Assembly: GCA_040756875.1 (NCBI GenBank)
Contig: JBFLYH010000003.1
Location: 128,001-192,000, forward strand
Reading direction: 5' to 3'
From: a candidate division FCPU426 bacterium
Lineage (GTDB): Bacteria > Oederibacteriota > JAAXVQ01 > JAUVAV01
DNA length: 64,000 nt
Positions 31,953-40,512 of the stretch are shown here, piece after piece. Numbering within the stretch: position 1 is the stretch's first letter; each line of letters begins with the position of its first letter. The notes below the pieces were generated by a model. It ran no database searches and was not told the DNA's origin. It saw only the letters and a program-made list of their open reading frames with translations. Position numbers and translations under genes: made by a program.

Positions 31953-34013
31953 TTAATACACTTCTTGGCTTTTTTTAGCCTCGAGTTCTTTCCCAAAATC
32001 AAAATCACTCCAGTTGGTGAAACTGAAATTACTATTGATAAATATTTCATCTTGCTCATTTTTATCACTAATATCATAGATACTCAATATCTTTCTTTTG
32101 AAATCTTTAGTGAAAAAAGGGCACGAAAGAAGATCAAAAAGTAGTAGTGTCAATTCCGCTTTTTTTATTCTTTTTTCCTGCGGAACTTCAGAGATGGTTT
32201 CACAAATATACTGTTGCAATATACATTTCAACATATTATAACGTGGTTTATTTTCTATATAGAACAACAGAACAGTTATCGAGAAATAATTCAGTTTATA
32301 TTTAACCTGTTTTTCCTCAAGATCAATATTAAAACACTTGCCCAACACTTCTTCTTCTAACCGGTAATCCCTCCCCAGTTCTTTTAATGCCGTAAGAAGA
32401 TAAAGCGTTTCAATTTGATAATACTCCGTATTTTTATTTTTATTGATAATAATAAATATATTGTCATATATTTTTTTAAATATTACGTTTTTATTTTCAT
32501 TGTTAAAATTGCCTTTAATTTTTGCTGCCTTAATCACTTTACTAATTATCATACATAATTTAATCGTCGTATTAACTCTCGGCGATACAGAATATATAAA
32601 AAATACGAATTCCAGTAATTCTAATATTGCTTTAGTCACCTTCTTTTCCTGAGCACGTTTATCTTCAATACCGCAATATATTTTAATAAGTTTCAATATC
32701 CTTCTATCAATACCAGCAAGTGTATAATTCAAAACATCCTTATATTCGATTCCGGCGTTATAAATAATTATTTTAAATTTTGTGATCAACTTATTCGAAC
32801 TGATATATATTGAGTACTTTTTATCACCTTCATCAGTATCATCAGCAGCATCTGTATCAATATTATCTTTTAATTCAGCAGATACTTTGTATTTCATATA
32901 TTTATTCAGCAAGTCGCTAATATTTGATTTCGCAATTGTTATTTTAGTAATAATGGGTTTTTTAAATAACATTGTTTTCGAGTCGTTAATATATAAATTG
33001 TATTCTTTTAATTGACGTCTATATTCTTTTACTATTTCAGTTTTGGTTTTTTCATCATTAAAATAAACAAAATAGTCATCTACATAACGGTATATTTCGT
33101 AGTCATTTTTATAATATATTCTATTTTTCTCTAATCCGCGTAAAACATTCAAATCAATTTTTTGCATTATTATTTCAGCAAATATTCTTGAAAACTCAGG
33201 ACCAATAACAATTCCATTGGTTTCTCCATAGTTCATGTTCTGCATCATAGTATCGAACTTCCCACCAAATGTAGCTTTAGATTCTTCCGTCTTTTCTTTT
33301 ACTATTTCCTTATTCAATATTGCCCAAGAAATGGAGTGGCTATAAATACTATCAAAGCACTTTAAGATATCGAATTTCATCATTTCGTTATATTTTTTTT
33401 CACATTCATGATACTTGTATGATTCGTAAAATTTGTATACATTGCTAAATTCTTTATATGTGAAATATGTTTTCAAACTTTCATATTCTTTATCATATTC
33501 TTCCATCGATTTGTGCTCGTGATCATGAGCTAACAATTCCAAATGTGTTTTATCTTTATAGTAGATATGTTTTGCCGTTTTATATGGTCTCCTGATTGAG
33601 AAAGGGCTAATATTACAATAATATAAAATCATTTCCTTATATTTATCATAGTGTTCAATTACTGCCAGTTGATTCTTTGGATGGATAATTGTTAATTGTC
33701 TAAAATCATTTTCATTATGGGATATCCTATAATTAAATGGTATCGTTGTGTAGTCCTTCGCACATTTCAGAGATATACTTTGATTTACAATAGGCATGTT
33801 TTTTGGAAAACCAAATAATAATTTTATAACTGACCCAAAAGACGGTTCGCTATTTCCCCATTTTAGTTTATTTTCCGCAAGGCATATTTTGTTACGATTA
33901 ATAAATTCTCGAAAACGCCGGTTTGAAAATGATATCGGAATTTCATATGGTAAAACATCGGAAAGAATCACTCTTTCTTTTTTCATACTTATCTTTTTTT
34001 TCTTGTGCTTCAT
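31953..34013 (-). CDS. drt3b: Antiviral reverse transcriptase Drt3b (UG8-type)
   Basis: ERVILSDVLPYEIPISFSN, KFDILKCFDSIYSHSISWA, GETNGIVIGPEFSRIFAEII, catalytic YRYVDD; long helical C-terminus; AT-rich. Confidence 0.88.
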   Translation of the reverse strand: MKHKKKKISMKKERVILSDVLPYEIPISFSNRRFREFINRNKICLAENKLKWGNSEPSFGSVIKLLFGFPKNMPIVNQSISLKCAKDYTTIPFNYRISHNENDFRQLTIIHPKNQLAVIEHYDKYKEMILYYCNISPFSIRRPYKTAKHIYYKDKTHLELLAHDHEHKSMEEYDKEYESLKTYFTYKEFSNVYKFYESYKYHECEKKYNEMMKFDILKCFDSIYSHSISWAILNKEIVKEKTEESKATFGGKFDTMMQNMNYGETNGIVIGPEFSRIFAEIIMQKIDLNVLRGLEKNRIYYKNDYEIYRYVDDYFVYFNDEKTKTEIVKEYRRQLKEYNLYINDSKTMLFKKPIITKITIAKSNISDLLNKYMKYKVSAELKDNIDTDAADDTDEGDKKYSIYISSNKLITKFKIIIYNAGIEYKDVLNYTLAGIDRRILKLIKIYCGIEDKRAQEKKVTKAILELLEFVFFIYSVSPRVNTTIKLCMIISKVIKAAKIKGNFNNENKNVIFKKIYDNIFIIINKNKNTEYYQIETLYLLTALKELGRDYRLEEEVLGKCFNIDLEEKQVKYKLNYFSITVLLFYIENKPRYNMLKCILQQYICETISEVPQEKRIKKAELTLLLFDLLSCPFFTKDFKRKILSIYDISDKNEQDEIFINSNFSFTNWSDFDFGKELEAKKSQEVY

Positions 34014-34024
34014 TCCATTACCCT

Positions 34025-35344
34025 TTACCACATCTCAATTATTTTTTTTAATTCATATGATTCGAAAGGCGAATATCTCTTTGTCTCAAAACCTTCGCTA
34101 AAACTATACTTCAATAACCTAGCTTTAAGTTGGGAAGTATGTATTTCATTAATAATTTTAGTTCGTAAATAGTTATCCAAGTGTTGTAAATCTATCTTGT
34201 CCGTCAAATGACAATTAGAATAGTAAATACCCACTAATATATTTTGTTTATTGCCCTTTAACCGAGTATTTCCAGTTAAATATCTCACCCTTTTAACGAG
34301 TATTTTCCTCGCTTCTTTTTCATTAATTCTGCTTAAATTATTATAGTGATCGAATGACACATTTATTTTCTTGATATATTTCATATATTTTTGCTTAGTT
34401 AATTTTGTTTTGACCTGACCATCTTTAAACTCAATTCTATATCCAAGGTAATCAAATTCGCAAGATTGCTTTTTATCTAACAGGTTAAAGATAGTTGTTT
34501 TATCAATATTTATTTTTAATTCATATTTTTGTTCGATTATATCTTTTACTTGTGCTATGTAATCCGTTTTATCGCCCATTGAACTTGGAGTGAAAATAAT
34601 AACAATATCGTCAACATATCTTGAATAATATGCAAGATTAGGTAGCTTGTTGATTTCTTTATCAATTTGACTCATATATATTTCTGCAAAATAAGCGCTA
34701 ACTCCAATTCCCCTCGGAATGCCTTTTTCACTCCCGGATAATTTTTTATACTCACTAAATATTTGTCGTACAATTTTTTTCGAAGTAGGTGTTAATAGAT
34801 CATTCTCATTTATTTGATTTATCAATCTATCTCGCGGGATACTTTCATAAAAATTGCTTATATCCGTTCTTAATACCTGTTTCGGGAACTTGTCTCCAAT
34901 GATTTTCAATAATTGATCTATTATTGTATTTCTGCTTGATTGTTTAACACCAAATAGTTTCGAAACATTCATTTGCAATTGTTTCATAATAAAATACTGC
35001 TCCGGCTTATCTCTAATAACGTAAATAAATTTACCGTCTTTATTTTTATTTGCTATTATTTCTACTTTAAAATCAGTCATCAATGCTTTTTGACTGACCT
35101 CCTCCAATTTCGCAGTTAGTTCTTTTTCCTTTTGTTCTTTTAGTTTTATTCTTTCACAATATATTTTATTACTTTCATCTTTAGTTAATTCTTTATTTTC
35201 TCTCAGCCGTATCGAATACTGTTTAATTTGTTCGGAGATTTTCTTAAGATCCGGAAAATATCTTCCCTCGAGATATATTCCTTTCCTATTTTCCAGATCC
35301 AATATTCTTCTAAAATTTTCTGCTGAAAACGATTGGCTTAGCAC
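34025..35344 (-). CDS. drt3a: Antiviral reverse transcriptase Drt3a (UG3-type)
   Basis: MLSQSFSAENFR, RTDISNFYESI, GIPRGIGVSAYFAEIYM, catalytic YSRYVDD, FDYLGY; directly upstream of drt3b. Confidence 0.88.
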   Translation of the reverse strand: MLSQSFSAENFRRILDLENRKGIYLEGRYFPDLKKISEQIKQYSIRLRENKELTKDESNKIYCERIKLKEQKEKELTAKLEEVSQKALMTDFKVEIIANKNKDGKFIYVIRDKPEQYFIMKQLQMNVSKLFGVKQSSRNTIIDQLLKIIGDKFPKQVLRTDISNFYESIPRDRLINQINENDLLTPTSKKIVRQIFSEYKKLSGSEKGIPRGIGVSAYFAEIYMSQIDKEINKLPNLAYYSRYVDDIVIIFTPSSMGDKTDYIAQVKDIIEQKYELKINIDKTTIFNLLDKKQSCEFDYLGYRIEFKDGQVKTKLTKQKYMKYIKKINVSFDHYNNLSRINEKEARKILVKRVRYLTGNTRLKGNKQNILVGIYYSNCHLTDKIDLQHLDNYLRTKIINEIHTSQLKARLLKYSFSEGFETKRYSPFESYELKKIIEMW

Positions 35345-35447
35345 GGGTTAAAAGCCACCCCCTCTATATGACAATACCGAGAATATCTAGATTCAAAATA
35401 TCGAAAGAAGTATAATGACCTCAGTTTCTATTTACTTCGTTGCCTTT

Positions 35448-36284
35448 TCATCCTAGATATGCTAAAAGTGCCCCAGTAAAATGTAATGCTAATTGAGCAT
35501 CTTTAGGTTCCATAATTACACTATTTTGCTGTTCATGTCTTGCCAAGTGTAGATACCCAGAAAGTTCAACAATTATAGAATTAATTTTATCTGCTTTCTG
35601 ATGATCAGACACAATTTTATTTATAGCTTCTAAACCCCGCCCCATATCATCGCTTCCCGATGTATCTTTTATTAATGCTTCAAATGCTTTTCGACAATTC
35701 ATTAATGTTTCATCCCACAAGCCTCGCCGATAACAATTTATAGCATCATTAAATCGATCCAATGCCCGAGCTACATTTGGTTTTCGTTGAATACTACGCG
35801 CAGGTAATTCTATCAATTCAACTTCTGACCACGCAAACATTCTAAGGTGCTTAATCCATTCCGATTGAGGAATATGATAGTCTATCCTTGTATCTTCGGT
35901 TATTTGTTTATAAACCGGTTGTCCAAGTACAATCGGTTTAGGTTCCGTCTCAACTTGACATACTAGTGCTTGGGCATAAATTGTAAAATCAACATCGCCT
36001 CCCGCACGCTGCTCTTCAATATATTTCAAGACATTAGGCGTAAACTGAATCTCAATTGATCCTTGGGTGACTGTTCCTGGTTGTATTATTGGGGATAATA
36101 TATTCATTATTTTACCTTCAGCAATTGATGTTCCAGTTTTGCCGATAACCTTTACCCACACATCTAGAATGCATATAGCACACGTAGATTGGTTTCTTAT
36201 TTCACATTTTAATTCAAGAAGTCTAAGCGGAAGGCCACTTGAATAGCATTCCTTAATGGTTGTTGATAGCCTAACTTGTTCCAT
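35448..36284 (-). CDS. Hypothetical protein: beta-rich N-terminus plus HEPN/Abi-C-like helical C-terminus
   Basis: AT-rich; NCRKAFEALIK...YLHLARHE...DAQLAL pattern; co-oriented upstream of drt3a. Confidence 0.6.
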   Translation of the reverse strand: MEQVRLSTTIKECYSSGLPLRLLELKCEIRNQSTCAICILDVWVKVIGKTGTSIAEGKIMNILSPIIQPGTVTQGSIEIQFTPNVLKYIEEQRAGGDVDFTIYAQALVCQVETEPKPIVLGQPVYKQITEDTRIDYHIPQSEWIKHLRMFAWSEVELIELPARSIQRKPNVARALDRFNDAINCYRRGLWDETLMNCRKAFEALIKDTSGSDDMGRGLEAINKIVSDHQKADKINSIIVELSGYLHLARHEQQNSVIMEPKDAQLALHFTGALLAYLG

Positions 36285-36420
36285 CAGTCACCTCATTGTA
36301 ATTGGGAACGTTGTTTGAATGATTAGGGCCGGAGTTAACTTATTAACTTAATCGCCGCGCTAGCTCCGCCCTTTTATCGATTATAACGGCTAGTATTGCC
36401 AGTTTGCCGCACAGTTTGCT

Positions 36421-37587
36421 TTACTTAATAATTGCCAACCTTGCTTTTCCAAGTTCTTTACCATCCATCATCAAATACGCCAGATAAATCCCATGTGGTA
36501 TATCTGAGCAATCCCAAATCACCGCTTGCCCTCTACCAGCCGATAGTGACTTTTCAATACTACTAACCGGTTCACCAACTACATTAAATATCAGGATTTG
36601 AATCTTTACCGCTCTATCCAAATTCATGATAAACCGCACTTGGTCTCTGGCGGGATTAGGCGAAACCATAAATAACTTCCCCGTCATATCAATATCTGCA
36701 AGTGTTCTTCCGGAGGTGGGAGTACGAGTCGCGGTATTGGAAATCGTAGTACTAGTAGGGGATACGTAAGGAGTCACAGTAAAAGAAGGCGAAATTGTCG
36801 GTGAAATGGTTATTGAAACAGAAGGAGTCAGAGTTAATGTTGGTGTTGAAGTGAGTGTGCCCGAATAGGTAAAGGTAGGCGTAATAGTTGGAGACGGAGT
36901 AAAAGTAGGAGAAATAGTATAAGTCGGAGTAATAGTCGGTGTTGGTGTAATGGTGGGGGTATTGGTTTTGGTGGCAGTGATCACGTCCAGGGTTATATCA
37001 TCCACGCGGATGAAACTAGCATCCGAAATGCCGTCGTCATAGGCGCGAAAAACCAGTTGGACGTTCTGGCCGCTATATACGCTTAAATTGAGATATTTGT
37101 CGATCCGTGTCCAGCCAGGTGTGGGTGTGGGCTGGACTAAAAACCCGTTGCCCTGCTCCCTGAAAAGCTGGATACCACCAAATGTGGCATCGGCATACAT
37201 CTGGGTCCCGAAAATATAGGTCACAAACCACTGATAGTAAGCGGTCAAGGTTGCGCCTAGTGCATCCCGAGGTATATCAATGTACTGAATAATACAAGAA
37301 TCAGAATAGCCGCCTAGACTGTTACCAGGCGCCACTACTGCAGTATTAGTAACGCCTGTGTGGTGGATCACGCCTTCATGCTGAGTGGGATAGAAAGTGG
37401 ACGGGCTAGCGGCAGTTACCCAGTTGGGAATACCACCCGCACCCGTAGTTTCAAAGTTGCCGTTTATAATAAGCTCTGTCGCCCAAGTTGTATTTACTCC
37501 GCCGATCAATACCAGTAAGAGAATGGATATAATTGAAGTTACTAACCAAGAAAGTAAAATGGGCAATTTACTTCTTTTAGGAGGCAA
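36421..37587 (-). CDS. Secreted protein: carbohydrate-binding-like domain, Thr/Pro linker, T9SS-like CTD
   Basis: Signal/TM segment; ELIINGNFETT; TPTITPT linker; SPNPARDQ...FNVVGE...GIYLA...ARLAIIK. Confidence 0.75.
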   Translation of the reverse strand: MPPKRSKLPILLSWLVTSIISILLLVLIGGVNTTWATELIINGNFETTGAGGIPNWVTAASPSTFYPTQHEGVIHHTGVTNTAVVAPGNSLGGYSDSCIIQYIDIPRDALGATLTAYYQWFVTYIFGTQMYADATFGGIQLFREQGNGFLVQPTPTPGWTRIDKYLNLSVYSGQNVQLVFRAYDDGISDASFIRVDDITLDVITATKTNTPTITPTPTITPTYTISPTFTPSPTITPTFTYSGTLTSTPTLTLTPSVSITISPTISPSFTVTPYVSPTSTTISNTATRTPTSGRTLADIDMTGKLFMVSPNPARDQVRFIMNLDRAVKIQILIFNVVGEPVSSIEKSLSAGRGQAVIWDCSDIPHGIYLAYLMMDGKELGKARLAIIK

Positions 37588-37690
37588 GCAGGGGTCCTCC
37601 TGGGGTGATTTTGGCTTATTATCTACCGATTAGACTCGAATTCCACCCCAAAATAACATAAATTGCATATTTTTTTAAACAGTCAAAATC

Positions 37691-37880
37691 TCACCACGAA
37701 GGCACGAAGGTTGACACGAAGGACACGAAGGAAGCCGAGGGTAAAGTCCTAAATCTAAACCTGTAACTTCTCACCACGAAGGTACGAAGACTGACACGAA
37801 GAACTCGAAGGAGTTCAGGGTTAAAGCTTTTAAACTCCAGACTAGTCTTACGCTTTCCTTCGTGGCTTCGTGGTGAAGCC
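37691..37880. repeat. ACGAAG/CTTCGT palindromic element, copy 2 (composite)
   Basis: Two TCACCACGAAGG.ACGAAG arms plus CTTCGTGGCTTCGTGGTGA. Confidence 0.85.
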
Positions 37881-37899
37881 TTGTTTGGATAATGGGGAC

Positions 37900-37970
37900 G
37901 TTGTTTAAATGTCAAAATGACGACTAACCCAGATTGCTTCGGGCCTTTCGGCCCTCGCAATGATGCGCAA
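37900..37970 (+). repeat. ~70-bp direct repeat, left flank of the Fic gene
   Basis: GTTGTTTA..GTCAAAATGAC...CAGATTGCTTCGGGCCTT..GGCCCTCGCAATGA; recurs at 39064-39135. Confidence 0.8.
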
Positions 37971-37973
37971 ACG

Positions 37974-38981
37974 TCAGCTTAAATAATACTTTGTCGCCCG
38001 GGCTTTCCCTGCCATCCCGACGATTCCGGCTTTGATCAAAGGCGCGATCAGTTGATTGACCCTGGCCCGGTTGATTTTCATGGCTGCGCCGATGTCTTTG
38101 GAACTGCAGCCCGCGTTTTGCTTGATAAAATGAATAAGCTCTTCCTGCTTGCCTGAAAGCGCGATCTCCTTTTTAGGCGAAACCGCCAACTGGTAGATCC
38201 TGCCCAGGGCGCTCTCCAGGGTTTCCAAAACGCCCTGGGCGAGGTAATCCAGCCAGTAGGTCAAATCGTAATCCAGCTCCCGGGCCTGGCGGATTTTCTG
38301 GTAGTATTTTTCCCGGTCTTGGGCGAAATATTCATCCAGCGCGGCAATATGCGACGGATCGTACTGCCCGTGGTAGAGAATCCACAGCGAAACCGCCCTG
38401 GCCAGCCTGCCGTTGCCGTCGGCAAAGGGGTGGATGGTCACGAACTGGTGGTGGAACACGGCGCTGGCGATGACAGGGTTCATACCTTTTGCGCGCGCGA
38501 GCCATGCCAATAAATCGCGCATGAGTTTCGGAACCGCGGGCGCAGCGGGGGGGGTGTATGCCGTGCGGCCCTTGCCATCGAGCACGTAGTTCTGCACTTC
38601 GCGGTAGCGGCCGCATTTCTCGGGGTTGACCAATCCCCGGGTGATCATGCGGTGCAGGCGCAGCAGGTCCTTTTCAGCCACGGGTTTGTCCGCGTGGTCC
38701 AGCACCCATTGCAGGGCCTGGATATAATTGGCGACTTCCCTTTTCTGCCTTTCGTCCGCCCTGACCTCTTTTCGCCCGCGCAAGGCGGCCACCTGTTCGA
38801 GCGAAAGCCGGTTCCCCTCGATCCAGGTCGAAGAATGGACGTTGCGGTTGAATGCTTCGGTTTGGAGCATCAGCTTGGCCGGCAGACGAACGCGGCTCTT
38901 GCGGATATCCGCCTGGAGCGCCGCGATCTTTTCGATGCAGCCGAGGAAATATTCGGTAATGCGGTAATTGGGTCGGTACAT
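37974..38981 (-). CDS. Fic-domain protein with C-terminal winged HTH
   Basis: Canonical HPFADGNGRLAR Fic motif; STWIEGN inhibitory-helix-like motif. Confidence 0.92.
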   Translation of the reverse strand: MYRPNYRITEYFLGCIEKIAALQADIRKSRVRLPAKLMLQTEAFNRNVHSSTWIEGNRLSLEQVAALRGRKEVRADERQKREVANYIQALQWVLDHADKPVAEKDLLRLHRMITRGLVNPEKCGRYREVQNYVLDGKGRTAYTPPAAPAVPKLMRDLLAWLARAKGMNPVIASAVFHHQFVTIHPFADGNGRLARAVSLWILYHGQYDPSHIAALDEYFAQDREKYYQKIRQARELDYDLTYWLDYLAQGVLETLESALGRIYQLAVSPKKEIALSGKQEELIHFIKQNAGCSSKDIGAAMKINRARVNQLIAPLIKAGIVGMAGKARATKYYLS

Positions 38982-39063
38982 GTCCGGCCTCCAGACTGGA
39001 TTATGACATATCGTATAGGTATTGTCTAGGGTATTGTCTAGGGCTGCTGGCGGGCCAAGGGAT

Positions 39064-39135
39064 GTTGTTTAGAGGTCAAAATGACAGGTAGCACAGATTG
39101 CTTCGGGCCTTCAGGCCCTCGCAATGACGTGCGAA
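39064..39135 (+). repeat. ~70-bp direct repeat, right flank of the Fic gene
   Basis: Matches 37900-37970. Confidence 0.8.
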
Positions 39136-39275
39136 AAGCAACTCCCCCCCACCTGTCCCTTGAAAGTAGATAGGAGAAAGTTGACCGCATTTGAGGCTCT
39201 ATCCACTATCTCCTATCGCCTCTCAAATGCTCTGCTGCTCGTAGTGCGAGCAGCTAGAGGGGGATTAAGGAGGAG

Positions 39276-39587
39276 TTATGCCGCTAATCTCGGATGCCTT
39301 TTCCCTTCCACTTTCAAGCGCAGCCCGATGCATTTGATCATTTTCATGATGTTCTCAATGCTGGGATTGCCTGTTTTCGAGGTCATGCGGTACAGGCTGG
39401 CGCGGTGAACCTTGCATTCCTTCGCCAAGCGGCTTATGCTTCCCTGCGCTTCCGCGACATCCCGCAGGGCCAGCAGAAACACTTTGGGATCGCCGTCTTC
39501 CAGGGCGGCGTTGAGGTACCCCACAGCCTCCTTGGGGTCCAGTAATTCTTTCATCAGGTCTTGTTTGTATTTGCGGTAGGGTTTCAT
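39276..39587 (-). CDS. Addiction-module antidote (HigA-like HTH antitoxin)
   Basis: YLNAALEDGDPKVFLLALRDVAEAQG, RASLYRM...GNPS. Confidence 0.88.
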   Translation of the reverse strand: MKPYRKYKQDLMKELLDPKEAVGYLNAALEDGDPKVFLLALRDVAEAQGSISRLAKECKVHRASLYRMTSKTGNPSIENIMKMIKCIGLRLKVEGKRHPRLAA

Positions 39588-39910
39588 AGCATTCGCTCCT
39601 TGAAGTCCGCCCAGTATTGCTTCGCTTTATCGAGGTCCTTTTTCTGTGTTCCTTTGTCTCCACCGCAAAGTAAAAGGACAATCCGGTCTTTCCAATAACC
39701 AAAATAAGTTCTATAACCAGGGCCAAAATGAAGCCGCAGTTCCCAAACTTCCCCTGCGATGTGCCTGGCGTCGCTTTGAGCGCCCAAGCGCAACCTGTTC
39801 AACCCGGCCTCAACTCGCTTCTTTGTCACCCATTCCAAGTTGTACAGCCATTCACGAAACGGTGATTTTCCCGCGGGTGTTCGGTATATCCATAGTTCCC
39901 TAGTCTCTAC
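39584..39910 (-). CDS. RelE/ParE-family addiction-module toxin (start codon uncertain; GTA at the expected position)
   Basis: GKSPFREWL, GEVWELRLHFGPGYRTYFG, VLLLCGGDKGTQKKD. Confidence 0.85.
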   Translation of the reverse strand, partial: VETRELWIYRTPAGKSPFREWLYNLEWVTKKRVEAGLNRLRLGAQSDARHIAGEVWELRLHFGPGYRTYFGYWKDRIVLLLCGGDKGTQKKDLDKAKQYWADFKERML

Positions 39911-39927
39911 CCTGCCGCCTCCCCGAG

Positions 39928-39954
39928 TGTCGCATATAAGCGACATCCTGTCAA
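39928..39954 (-). promoter_or_regulatory. TA promoter -35 box with palindromic operator
   Basis: TTGACA (39954-39949) followed by the palindrome TGTCGC-ATATAA-GCGACA (39928-39945). Confidence 0.65.
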
Positions 39955-40031
39955 ACCACAAAAGATGGTTTATAGGAAGTTAGACCGGCAGAACCTCTTT
40001 TTCATGCGCAGAAAATGCAAGGGAACCCAAA

Positions 40032-40310
40032 CTCACCACGAAGGCACGAAGGTTGACACGAAGGACTCGAAGGAGTTCAGGGTTAAAATCATTAACCCTA
40101 GCCCTGCTTTTCTTCGTGCTCTTCGTGGCTTCGTGGTGAGATTGAAAGCCTTTACCACGAAGGCACGAAGGCTGACACAAAGGACACGAAGGAGTTCGGG
40201 GTTTAAGTCTTAAATCCAATCCACTTTTTTACCTTTTATTATTCATTCGTGCTCTTCGTGATCCATCTTTAAATGCGGACCCCGAAGGCGCGAAGATTGA
40301 CGCGAAGCCA
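40032..40310. repeat. ACGAAG/CTTCGT palindromic element, copy 3 (composite)
   Basis: TCACCACGAAGGCACGAAGGTTGACACGAAG...CTTCGTGCTCTTCGTGGCTTCGTGGTGA plus a second unit. Confidence 0.85.
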
Positions 40311-40512
40311 GCCCCCCCTGTCCTGGCGGCTGCGGTCAACCGGCGCCTGGCATTGGCAACAAATTTTACCCTCCGGAAGACCTTTCGCTTTCGAGACTGA
40401 ATGTGAAATGATATAGTAAATTTAATGATTGGCCCGGGTTCAGGGCCGGCGGGCAGGACGGAAACCGGCCAAGACGAATTGAGCTTCCATTCTTCGGAGA
40501 GGCGGGCGAGAG

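Noticed and set aside
31953-35344. RTs as group II intron, retron or DGR
   Set aside because: No maturase/intron domains, no msr-msd inverted repeats upstream and no TR/VR pair recognised; paired RT architecture fits DRT3
36321-36380. Imperfect hairpin as an integron attC site
   Set aside because: Lacks properly oriented RYYYAAC...GTTRRRY ends; no integrase in the window
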